A stretch of DNA of 64,000 nucleotides, from the IMG/VR virus record IMGVR_UViG_3300047545_000180, positions 1 through 64,000 of that record, one strand, 5' to 3'. The DNA is from a virus. This document shows, in pieces, positions 8,958 through 16,909 of this stretch; within the stretch, counting starts at the first letter, position 1, and each line of letters starts with the position of its first letter. Made by a program: the position numbers and the translations under genes. The notes under the pieces are model-generated. The model worked only from the letters and a program-made list of their open reading frames with translations, was not told the DNA's origin and did no database searches.

Positions 8958-9106
8958 TCATTCTTCACCTCGCTTAAATTTACGCTGTGTACTGAAGTCT
9001 TTCTTATCTTTCTTTTTATTCTTTTGGTGATTAGGTGTTTCTTCGTAAGATGCATCATCAAAGCGTTTTTTCTTGGCTTTGTTAGTCTGAAGGTAAGAGC
9101 TTTGCA
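8958..9106 (-). CDS. small lysine-rich basic protein (49 aa)
   Basis: aactaaggaacaacATG RBS plus start. The upstream promoter motif overlaps the preceding gene's stop. Confidence 0.35.
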
Positions 9107-9140
9107 TGTTGTTCCTTAGTTGTGTTGTTACGATGATTGA

Positions 9141-9320
9141 ATTATAGCACAGTTCCAAGTTCAGGGAACAAACTTTCTAAAATATTTTGTGCTTGTTCAA
9201 ACGTAACCGATCTTGCTAAACAGGTGATGACATCGCCTTCATCATCAATCTCCAATACATCGTACAATGTATTTGATAGTTTACTACGCATGATAACTGT
9301 TTCTACTACTTCTGACATAT
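9141..9320 (-). CDS. hypothetical small protein (59 aa, below the ORF-track cutoff)
   Basis: aggagtaaatATG on the minus strand; translated by hand. The plus-strand ORF 9137..9346 is judged spurious. Confidence 0.4.
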
Positions 9321-9687
9321 TTACTCCTAAAAGAAAAGAAAGGTAGCACCCGAAGGCACTACCGTAGATTATACCCGATTGTTTAGACGTTGAGCTACAT
9401 TTTTAGCTTCTGTAAACAAACCACACAATTGCACATCAGTGTATTGCAAGGTGTCAAAGACTTTATGATAACCGTTGTTGAATTTTACAATGTATCGCAT
9501 TTTATTTCCTTTCGTTTATTACTTTAAAACCAACGCTCTTTATAAGCTTTTTCAATACTAAGCTTCAAAATTGTTTCTGCAATTAAAGCTTGACCATGTA
9601 AGATATGATAGATATCTCCAATATCAATTTCATCTTTATTTGCTTGATGAAATAATTGTTGAATCGCTACGTGAAATTCATCTTTCG

Positions 9688-9990
9688 TCATGTGTTCTTC
9701 TCCTTGAGTTTGGCTTGGACGTTAAGAAGACCGCGAACATGATCACCAAAACGACCTCTCTGCTCTTCTTCATATGCACCAAGCAACTCCAACTGCAGGT
9801 CAACAACGATGGCGGTGATTGCTTTATGGCTTCGGGCGGTGATTGCTTTATGGCTTCGGGCAGCGCCAGCTTTCTCTAGCTCGTAGTTGCCCTCATGGTT
9901 TATCAGCACATCCAGCGCCAGTTTCGATGCATTCAATTGTTCACTCATGGTAATACTCCTTATTGTCATAACTGTAGTATTGTAGCGCAT
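9688..9990 (-). CDS. hypothetical protein containing an in-frame 24-bp tandem duplication
   Basis: ggcggtgattgctttatggcttcg occurs twice in tandem at about 9810-9857, read through in frame. Locally GC-richer. Confidence 0.5.
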   Translation of the reverse strand: MRYNTTVMTIRSITMSEQLNASKLALDVLINHEGNYELEKAGAARSHKAITARSHKAITAIVVDLQLELLGAYEEEQRGRFGDHVRGLLNVQAKLKEKNT

Positions 9991-10189
9991 CTAGAACTTC
10001 TTTTTCATCCTGTGTTGAATTAAATTCGATGCACTCTTCACTATAAATAGATTCTGTATCTACTCTTTCATTCAAAATAAAGCTTCCTCCATATCTGACA
10101 AATCATCTTTGGTTTTACCATGACTTTTCTTATCTAGTAACTCTTGGCTTTCTTTTGTACGTTGGTTATTGTACATTGCAAAAGGCCAA

Positions 10190-10510
10190 TTACTTGGTAC
10201 TTGATTCTGTTGGTTCAACATAGTGCTCCTTTAAATATTCTTTCATGTAGTTGTCTTGAATGATTGACAACCTGAATGAATCATAACATACATTTTGACC
10301 TTGTGCGTTAAGAACAGGTTTTGTTTTTAACTTTTGCATCTTTAATTTACCTACACCAGTTAGTCTTACAGATTCACCCTCAGAGAGCATCTTTTGTAGT
10401 ACTTTACTTAGATGCACCAGTACATCCTCGACTTCATACTGGTGATATTTACAGGACTCTGCTACAGCTTCTATCAGCTTTTTAAAGCTTATGACTTTAC
10501 GTTGACCCAA
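10190..10510 (-). CDS. hypothetical protein
   Basis: 106-aa ORF. Confidence 0.5.
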   Translation of the reverse strand: MGQRKVISFKKLIEAVAESCKYHQYEVEDVLVHLSKVLQKMLSEGESVRLTGVGKLKMQKLKTKPVLNAQGQNVCYDSFRLSIIQDNYMKEYLKEHYVEPTESSTK

Positions 10511-10713
10511 GGGTATACCTCCATAAATCTAGGTAGTGCAAAAGCATAGAAGACTTCTGCAGTTTCAGCAAAAGCAATATCGTTTGCTACGCACATTAGT
10601 TTAAATACTTTATCACTACCGGCTACACTGAACAATTCGCCTTCTTTTAACTTCTGTAGTTTCAAAGGTGTAGTTAGCATCTGCCAATCTTTAATGTCGA
10701 TTTCATTTATCAT
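10489..10713 (-). CDS. hypothetical protein
   Basis: 74-aa ORF overlapping both neighbours. Confidence 0.45.
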   Translation of the reverse strand: MINEIDIKDWQMLTTPLKLQKLKEGELFSVAGSDKVFKLMCVANDIAFAETAEVFYAFALPRFMEVYPWVNVKS

Positions 10714-11381
10714 TGTAGTCCTTGAAAGTCAAAGATTTTGCTAATAGCTTGAGCTACTGCCAGCGCAATTTCTCTATGTTCTGCTTGTGTGCTTTCATCT
10801 TTACGAACTTCAACATAATGAATAAAACTACGAATAGTACCTTGCATGTACAAACGAGACATTGTGTTACCTTCAGGCAATACAGCACGAGCTTGCTCTT
10901 TGGCAATACCAGCTTCAACAGCCCACTTATAATTTTCTTTTGCAAGATCAATTACTTGCTGTTGTCTACGATTCCATTCGGCAATTAGAAAACGATTATC
11001 TTCTGTATCTGTATCAACTACGATGGAATTTTGACGATTCTTTGTATCCTGTAGACGAGCTTCACGTAATACAAACGACAAATCTTTTACAGGATCAGCG
11101 TAACGCTGGCTAAATTCTTGAAACGCAAAACTACGATGACGTAAAATCTGTCGTGCAATATCTCGTGTTGTCTCAATTTCAATCGTAGCACTTGCCATTT
11201 CAAACGGTGAGAAATGCTTATGCTTTAGCAGATACTTTAGAAGTTTATCTGCTGTATCATTATTGAATTGATTACTAGGATTAGATACCCTAGCACAAAA
11301 TGCAATAAGTTCTTTTGCTGAATTAAAGTCATCTTTAAATTCTTCTGCTGGTTGTGTGTAACCTACTAACTTTACTTTCAT
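10710..11381 (-). CDS. thyX: FAD-dependent thymidylate synthase ThyX
   Basis: RHRSFAFQEFSQRY matches the ThyX RHRx7S signature. Length 223 aa. RBS ggagtataaATG. Confidence 0.85.
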   Translation of the reverse strand: MKVKLVGYTQPAEEFKDDFNSAKELIAFCARVSNPSNQFNNDTADKLLKYLLKHKHFSPFEMASATIEIETTRDIARQILRHRSFAFQEFSQRYADPVKDLSFVLREARLQDTKNRQNSIVVDTDTEDNRFLIAEWNRRQQQVIDLAKENYKWAVEAGIAKEQARAVLPEGNTMSRLYMQGTIRSFIHYVEVRKDESTQAEHREIALAVAQAISKIFDFQGLQ

Positions 11382-11947
11382 TTATACTCCTTGTGATGAT
11401 CTGATACATATACTGAACGATCTTGCATGTAAACTGCAATATCTTCTTCAGTAAAGAATTTGTGCTCTTTGTAGATATTATATGCTGAATCAATCCCTAC
11501 GTCAAGCATTTTACCTTTGCTATCTGCATGATTGCCGTGACAGTGACCGTGTAGATGCCAAGAGCCGTAGCCTTGTTTATGCCAAGAACTGACAGGAAAA
11601 TGAAACAAACAAACAGATATTTCACCGATCTTGATTTCTTTATAATCATACCACGTTGTGATTAATCGATCCCTTACAAGTTGATCCAAGTACTCTCTAC
11701 GATCATGATTACCTTTTATGAGAATTTTAGTACCGTTTAAACGCTCTGTAAACTTTGCAATATCATCGTACTTTTTAGCAAATGAATAATCGCCAAGATT
11801 ATAGCAAACATCTGCAGGTGTTACGTTTTTATTCCAGACATCAATTAACCATTCTGTGTGGTTTTCTTGAGTAGTATCTTTACCTCGATTTGTCAGTTCA
11901 ACAATTCTACGATGACTTTCGTGTATATCGCTTGTGAATACTTTCAT
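11378..11947 (-). CDS. calcineurin-like metallophosphoesterase
   Basis: GDxxD/GNHD/GHxH motifs: NLGDYSF, IKGNHDRRE, HLHGHCHGNH. Confidence 0.75.
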   Translation of the reverse strand: MKVFTSDIHESHRRIVELTNRGKDTTQENHTEWLIDVWNKNVTPADVCYNLGDYSFAKKYDDIAKFTERLNGTKILIKGNHDRREYLDQLVRDRLITTWYDYKEIKIGEISVCLFHFPVSSWHKQGYGSWHLHGHCHGNHADSKGKMLDVGIDSAYNIYKEHKFFTEEDIAVYMQDRSVYVSDHHKEYK

Positions 11948-12147
11948 TTCATTAGCTCAATTTCTTCGTAAGTATAAAGAAGTGCACCACCGTGAGAATC
12001 TTGATATTTTTCAGCCGCAATTTGTGCTAGATGTTCTGTAGACCATAATTCTACAAACTCAGTATATCCGCTTGAATCAGACCAATATACAATCCATAGT
12101 TTCTTTTGTTTCTTTTTCATTATTTGTTCTTTCCAATAAATCCACAA
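11944..12147 (-). CDS. hypothetical small protein (true start probably the ATG at about 12120, TAATG-coupled)
   Basis: The ORF-track start is a non-ATG codon. An internal ATG overlaps the upstream stop. Confidence 0.4.
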   Translation of the reverse strand: MWIYWKEQIMKKKQKKLWIVYWSDSSGYTEFVELWSTEHLAQIAAEKYQDSHGGALLYTYEEIELMK

Positions 12148-12401
12148 GGAATTATGGGTATTTTACTCCAGTAACCACGCTCAAGGTAATTGAAGCTTTT
12201 ACGTGGAGCAGCTTGCACTAGTTCTTTTGTGCTGTTGTAGAAAACTACACCTCTACATTCAAGTAACTCAGGTACATCGTGCCATAGATAATCGTACATT
12301 GCTCTACGATGATATTTGAACGTAGTGTACTTACCATCGTTTTTAAACGTAGCCAATCCACGATTAACTAAGTTCATTTGTTGCTCGTATGTTAATAGCA
12401 T
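12120..12401 (-). CDS. 93-aa protein resembling the N-terminal segment of T4 RNA ligase 1 (Rnl1); no adenylylation lysine motif, so an apparent ligase fragment
   Basis: MYDYLWHDVPELLECRGVVFYNSTKELVQAAPRKSFNYLE aligns with T4 Rnl1 [45 protein letters not shown]. The T4 sequence is recalled from memory. Confidence 0.45.
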   Translation of the reverse strand: MLLTYEQQMNLVNRGLATFKNDGKYTTFKYHRRAMYDYLWHDVPELLECRGVVFYNSTKELVQAAPRKSFNYLERGYWSKIPIIPCGFIGKNK

Positions 12402-12411
12402 TTTATTTCCT

Positions 12412-12849
12412 TTATAGTTGCACGTAGAATTTACGTTTCATCTGTTGTACCTTTTCATCAGGACAACCATGAATATTTTTATTACCGTGGTAGTTCTCAA
12501 CAATTAAGCTGACAAAATTAGCACCAGAAAGCATTGCAATATCTGCATATGTAGCTACTTCCCAATCACTTACGCTGGTGTTTGATACAGAAACGTTCAT
12601 ACCTTGCTCTAAGAAATGTATAGCAGTGGATTGACACCACTCATGTGCATCTTTTAATTTTGCAGGATCAAAGTTGTAATCAAAAGAATTTGTATCTTTA
12701 TTATAACTCGTAAAGAAATCATCAGCCTCTAAATTGATCAAAGTCAATGCATATTGATTAAGTAGATTTGCAAACGTTGATTTGCCGCTGCCCGGAAGGC
12801 CCCTTATCAGGAATAGCGTAGGTTTTTCTTTATTCATTTCATACTCCAA
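12412..12849 (-). CDS. P-loop kinase, polynucleotide kinase (T4 Pnk N-domain)-like
   Basis: Walker A GLPGSGKSTFA and an acidic ADDFF motif, like Pnk GCPGSGKSTWA / RDD. Confidence 0.5.
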   Translation of the reverse strand: MEYEMNKEKPTLFLIRGLPGSGKSTFANLLNQYALTLINLEADDFFTSYNKDTNSFDYNFDPAKLKDAHEWCQSTAIHFLEQGMNVSVSNTSVSDWEVATYADIAMLSGANFVSLIVENYHGNKNIHGCPDEKVQQMKRKFYVQL

Positions 12850-13046
12850 TTAATTAAACCAAACAAGTAAATAGCTGCAGAAGCTGCCTCTACAATCACC
12901 AATGCTTTGTCATTATAGCTAAACCAACCAGCTAAACACCATAAAAATCCACCGATGAAACCAAACAAAAGATTCAGAGGGAATATGTTCAACGTTGTTA
13001 AGATCATGCTGATCATATAAAACGCAGTACCCGACCAACGTAGCAT
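12834..13046 (-). CDS. small membrane protein
   Basis: Two hydrophobic segments (TM). Confidence 0.45.
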   Translation of the reverse strand: MLRWSGTAFYMISMILTTLNIFPLNLLFGFIGGFLWCLAGWFSYNDKALVIVEAASAAIYLFGLINWSMK

Positions 13047-13345
13047 TAGTCTACAATCTCTGTAGAAACGTCGGTACTAATAGTGTAAAGCATTATCACA
13101 TGATCTTTCCAGTCCTGACCATAATCGTACTCTACAGCACCAATACCTTCAATAAAATTACGTTCACTTCGCGTAATACAAGCAGATGCAAACTCCACAA
13201 GTTCTTCAATGCTATCTACACCAAAGATACATTCGCTGAACTCTTTGATTAATTCTGCAGTATCTACATTCGGATTAATACGAATTGTTACTTCTGATTC
13301 TACAACCACTGCAGCTTTGTATGTTTTTTTAATCTTCTCGTTCAT
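13046..13345 (-). CDS. hypothetical protein
   Basis: 99-aa ORF. Confidence 0.5.
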   Translation of the reverse strand: MNEKIKKTYKAAVVVESEVTIRINPNVDTAELIKEFSECIFGVDSIEELVEFASACITRSERNFIEGIGAVEYDYGQDWKDHVIMLYTISTDVSTEIVD

Positions 13346-13559
13346 ACTTGACCCTTTCTTTTAACATAGCTTCTGCCATTGTATAAGACCATTCAGCAAT
13401 ACCGGGACGATTAGTATCATCACCTCGTGCGAGACAAGCTTGCATTGCTAAACCTGCGAAATGATCAAGTAAAGTCATACCTTCATGTTGCCAATGAAGG
13501 ACATTACCTTGACCATCATATTCGAAATTTTGTGTTGGATATGCACGATGATTTTTCAT
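13329..13559 (-). CDS. hypothetical protein
   Basis: 76-aa ORF. Confidence 0.45.
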   Translation of the reverse strand: MKNHRAYPTQNFEYDGQGNVLHWQHEGMTLLDHFAGLAMQACLARGDDTNRPGIAEWSYTMAEAMLKERVKYERED

Positions 13560-13858
13560 CAGATAACCTCTGCTTTCAATAGTTTTTCACCATCTTCTGC
13601 CCATGTTAGGCGAAGGTTGTGCTTTTCAGAGTCTTGACTGAAAGTCCTATGTAAAGGTGCATTATATTTATCAAATTGAATGTAAGTTGTAGTCACAATT
13701 TCTTTTGGTTTGATGCGGTATTCACAATCACCACTCACACGAATTGTATCATAACTACCAAATTTTTCACAGGTACTCCACCCATTTCCCCTATTGATTT
13801 GAATATCTTCACCATTTATCCAAGCAATCAACACGTCTTTTTGATCTTTCAATGCCAT
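13559..13858 (-). CDS. hypothetical protein
   Basis: 99-aa ORF. Confidence 0.5.
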   Translation of the reverse strand: MALKDQKDVLIAWINGEDIQINRGNGWSTCEKFGSYDTIRVSGDCEYRIKPKEIVTTTYIQFDKYNAPLHRTFSQDSEKHNLRLTWAEDGEKLLKAEVI

Positions 13859-13880
13859 GTCTATTTCTCCTTAAAGTTGA

Positions 13881-14285
13881 TTAAAGCTTGTGTACTTTTA
13901 CACCGTTTGCTTGCAAGTATTGTACACCCGTTACATCACGATATTCTTCTTTGTAGAAAAAATTTTTGATGCCAGAGTCTACGATATCAATTGCACAGAA
14001 TTTACAACAAGCGTGTGTACAGAACATTGTAGCATCAACTGCACTTTGATTACTGCGTACAAGGCCCATCAGAGCGTTCTTTTCACTGTGACGTACCCTA
14101 GGGTCAGTTGCACCATCTGGTAGTTCACACGGGTCGTTTATGTGCTCTGCATGAGCATTGTAACCACAAGAGATGATACGGTTGTCTTTTACGATTACTG
14201 TGCCTACTTTTAAACGAGTGGCGTTGGAGCACTCTGCAAAAGCTTCAGCGCATTTCATATAAGCTTTCATGTGCTTAGACTTCAT
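13881..14285 (-). CDS. dCMP deaminase
   Basis: Zinc-binding CGYNAHAEHIN ... CTHACCKFCA (HAE / PCxxC-type motifs). Confidence 0.75.
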   Translation of the reverse strand: MKSKHMKAYMKCAEAFAECSNATRLKVGTVIVKDNRIISCGYNAHAEHINDPCELPDGATDPRVRHSEKNALMGLVRSNQSAVDATMFCTHACCKFCAIDIVDSGIKNFFYKEEYRDVTGVQYLQANGVKVHKL

Positions 14286-14520
14286 GAATCACTTTCATTT
14301 TTACTACCTCTTGATTACGAATCTTAATCGCTTCATCTAAATTATCTGCAGCACACCAACGCTGTGCCAATGCAAATGTATGCCACCAAGGGTCTTCGTC
14401 TAATCTAATAAATTTTAGATTATTTTCTTTGTAAACCCAACCGAGCAAAGACCATTTACGCACAAAGTATTTATCGCAGTATTGTACGATGTGTGCTTTA
14501 AACGGATTATAAAATTTCAT
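14275..14520 (-). CDS. hypothetical protein
   Basis: 81-aa ORF. Confidence 0.45.
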   Translation of the reverse strand: MKFYNPFKAHIVQYCDKYFVRKWSLLGWVYKENNLKFIRLDEDPWWHTFALAQRWCAADNLDEAIKIRNQEVVKMKVIHEV

Positions 14521-14851
14521 ATTCTAGCACTCCTTCTTCAGATGTATAACGAACAATTTTAACACCAAAGCCTTTGAGCATAGCTTGGCAAGTTGGGCAT
14601 GGTTTAGCAGTTGCCATTGTACCATCATCGTGAAACCGCTGAACAAAAACGCTATGAATATTTTTGCGACCTGCTGCAAGAACAGCAGAAAGTTCAGCAT
14701 GCACTTTATCTTTTTGTTCTGACTCTCCAGTTTGCAAAGCAAAGTGCTTCATGAGTGGATGACTGCGGTTGTAATCGTTAACTCCAGTTCCTAGCACACG
14801 ACCTTTCTTATCGAAGGCTGTAGCGATGATTTCATAGCGTTTGCGTGTCAT
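14507..14851 (-). CDS. second, small cytidine/deoxycytidylate deaminase-like protein
   Basis: VHAELSAVLAAG ... KPCPTCQAMLKGFG (HAE and PCxxC zinc ligands) in 114 aa. Confidence 0.6.
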   Translation of the reverse strand: MTRKRYEIIATAFDKKGRVLGTGVNDYNRSHPLMKHFALQTGESEQKDKVHAELSAVLAAGRKNIHSVFVQRFHDDGTMATAKPCPTCQAMLKGFGVKIVRYTSEEGVLEYEIL

Positions 14852-15294
14852 TACAGTTTACGAGCCTGTTTAAGTTTGTGTTGAATACCTGCAAGTACTT
14901 TGTGTTGACGCTTGAGCTTACGTTGCTGATTACGGTAGCAATTCATCACATTAAAGTAAGTTTCACTATCTTTATCATCAGGGTTACTCTTGTGCCAGAG
15001 TTGATCGATGCGACCCTTCAGAAATTCCAGTGCATCTTCATCTGCAGACAGTACCGCAGAAAGACCTTGCGTAAGTGCCTGCAGTTCTTCTGTGGTAAAC
15101 GACACAGCACGATGCGTGTGAGCATATGATGTCAAAAACTGCTGCAACTTATTGCTCATTAGCACAGACTCTTGCAAAGGCTTACCTTGCATTGCTTTCT
15201 CACAGCGTTCCCACACAATTTCTGCAATTGCAAGTTCACCATCCTCTAACCCCAAGCGTTCTACCATAGAAGCAAATTCAGGTTTCAAGATCAT
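14851..15294 (-). CDS. hypothetical protein; first gene of the leftward early block
   Basis: 147-aa ORF just downstream of the divergent promoter region. Confidence 0.5.
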   Translation of the reverse strand: MILKPEFASMVERLGLEDGELAIAEIVWERCEKAMQGKPLQESVLMSNKLQQFLTSYAHTHRAVSFTTEELQALTQGLSAVLSADEDALEFLKGRIDQLWHKSNPDDKDSETYFNVMNCYRNQQRKLKRQHKVLAGIQHKLKQARKL

Positions 15295-15328
15295 GTTAAG
15301 TTCCTTTCGGTTTCGTTGTTGAAGCCTG

Positions 15329-15356
15329 AATCATAGCACAAGAATTTAGCTTTGCA
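15329..15356 (-). promoter_or_regulatory. leftward early promoter TTGCAA-16-TATGAT plus conserved leader GGCTTCAACAAC
   Basis: Revcomp of 15329-15356. Member of the repeated early promoter family. Confidence 0.5.
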
Positions 15357-15393
15357 ACAACTTATGCAAATAAATTTATTTTGCACAAAGGTC

Positions 15394-15421
15394 TTGACAA
15401 GATTTGAACTTGAGCTACAAT
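15394..15421 (+). promoter_or_regulatory. rightward sigma70-type promoter TTGACA-16-TACAAT
   Basis: -35 at 15394-15399, -10 at 15416-15421. Divergent from the leftward promoter. Confidence 0.55.
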
Positions 15422-15596
15422 CCAATTTGGGACGTGGGACGGTGAGAAGCTCGGGTTCAAAGCTGAGGTTCATAACTGAAGTTTAACTGCAGTTAATTTT
15501 AGTTATAATATGAGTTTAATGTAAGTTATATAGTACATTACATGTTATAACTAACGCTCATACAATAAAGTAATTTAATCAATCTAAAGGAGATAT

Positions 15597-15860
15597 GTGC
15601 AGTTACAAACAAAGATTGGTAACACAGGTACAAAAGTTGTGGTACAATTCACGTTGACTGATGAACGTGACATCGATTGGGAAACACTCAAGGTACACTT
15701 GTATGATCATCCTGAAGTTGATATCACAGATTTGATCGGTGATGAATGGTCGTTAGAAATCTCAGAAGATGTCTACACTAATGCAGATAGACTTGTGCAA
15801 GAAGCTAACGATGATGTTGAAGTTGAAGCGTATATTACAAACCAAATGTTTAAGGAGTAA
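15597..15860 (+). CDS. hypothetical protein (GTG start)
   Basis: AAGGAG RBS 5 nt upstream of a GTG at 15597. Confidence 0.45.
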   Translation: MQLQTKIGNTGTKVVVQFTLTDERDIDWETLKVHLYDHPEVDITDLIGDEWSLEISEDVYTNADRLVQEANDDVEVEAYITNQMFKE

Positions 15861-15863
15861 ATT

Positions 15864-16169
15864 ATGAATCGAGTAATTTGTAACGAATGCGAGACAGTAA
15901 AGCACTGTATGCAAAATGGATGCATACCAAAGGTTAATACCTTCAAAGAAAAACCTGTAGTGTACTATGACGGTGTACCGCAGTTGTACAACTGGAATGA
16001 CGATGTGCGCTATCTTGTAGCAAGATTGCAGTATGTTATTGGTCATCCAAATCTTGGTAACTGCAGAAATGTACGTACATCAACAATCTTGAACATATAT
16101 TTCGATGGTACAATTGAGACTAAGAACACAATTTATAAACGACTTGCATACGAGGATATGGGATCATGA
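15864..16169 (+). CDS. hypothetical protein
   Basis: AAGGAG RBS; 101 aa. Confidence 0.5.
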   Translation: MNRVICNECETVKHCMQNGCIPKVNTFKEKPVVYYDGVPQLYNWNDDVRYLVARLQYVIGHPNLGNCRNVRTSTILNIYFDGTIETKNTIYKRLAYEDMGS

Positions 16170-16335
16170 AGCTAAAGAAAACAGACATTAAAAATATTCG
16201 GTTGACATGGCAAGAAGTTAAAAACGATGGTACAATCAGTGCTCGTTCTTACGCTTGTGATGATAAAAGTGCAAGCTGGCATCTCATGCAAATGCGTAAG
16301 AGTCCTAGTCTTCGTAATATCAGAATGGAGAAACT

Positions 16336-16737
16336 ATGAGTTACACAGTTGCAGAAGAACGTATGCAAAATTACATTGATGAACTAGAGAAAGAGAATCG
16401 TTTGTTACGTGCTCGTAATGATCGGTTGGAAGCTGAAGCTAAGGTGGTGTCTGTGCAGGAGCCTGTGGCGTGGGTTGAGCATGAATGGAGTGGTAGCGGT
16501 TTGCGTCATCTTCATTTTGAACGCCGTGAGCAGTCGGTGCGTGATGAGGTTATGAATCCTATTTGGACACCCCTCTACACCACCCCACCCGTAGCAAAGC
16601 AACAATGGGTTGATCTAACAGACAGACAAATCGAAAGTATCTTCATTGATGCAGGTTGGTCATGGGGCGAAAAAGCTGATATGTATGTACCTGCAGTAAG
16701 AGAAGTTTTGAAACTATTTAAGGAGACTAACGAATGA
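16336..16737 (+). CDS. hypothetical protein with an N-terminal coiled coil
   Basis: 133 aa. Contains a GC-richer internal patch at about 16440-16620. Confidence 0.5.
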   Translation: MSYTVAEERMQNYIDELEKENRLLRARNDRLEAEAKVVSVQEPVAWVEHEWSGSGLRHLHFERREQSVRDEVMNPIWTPLYTTPPVAKQQWVDLTDRQIESIFIDAGWSWGEKADMYVPAVREVLKLFKETNE

Positions 16738-16909
16738 TTAAACTAATTTTTGTGCTATCATTAGTAACACTGATTGTAGCAATGGTCTTTTTCTTTTTAA
16801 AGAGTCAGATGCATCTTCAAAGTGGAAAGCAGTGAAAACTGTGTTATACTTGCTGTTCTTCGGGTTCATTGCTATGTCAATTCTGGCTGGCATTGTTATT
16901 TTGTTTTAA

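Noticed and set aside
9137-9346. Plus-strand ORF 9137..9346
   Set aside because: Opposite to the uniformly leftward early block. The minus strand here carries a hand-translated 59-aa gene (9141..9320) with a proper RBS.
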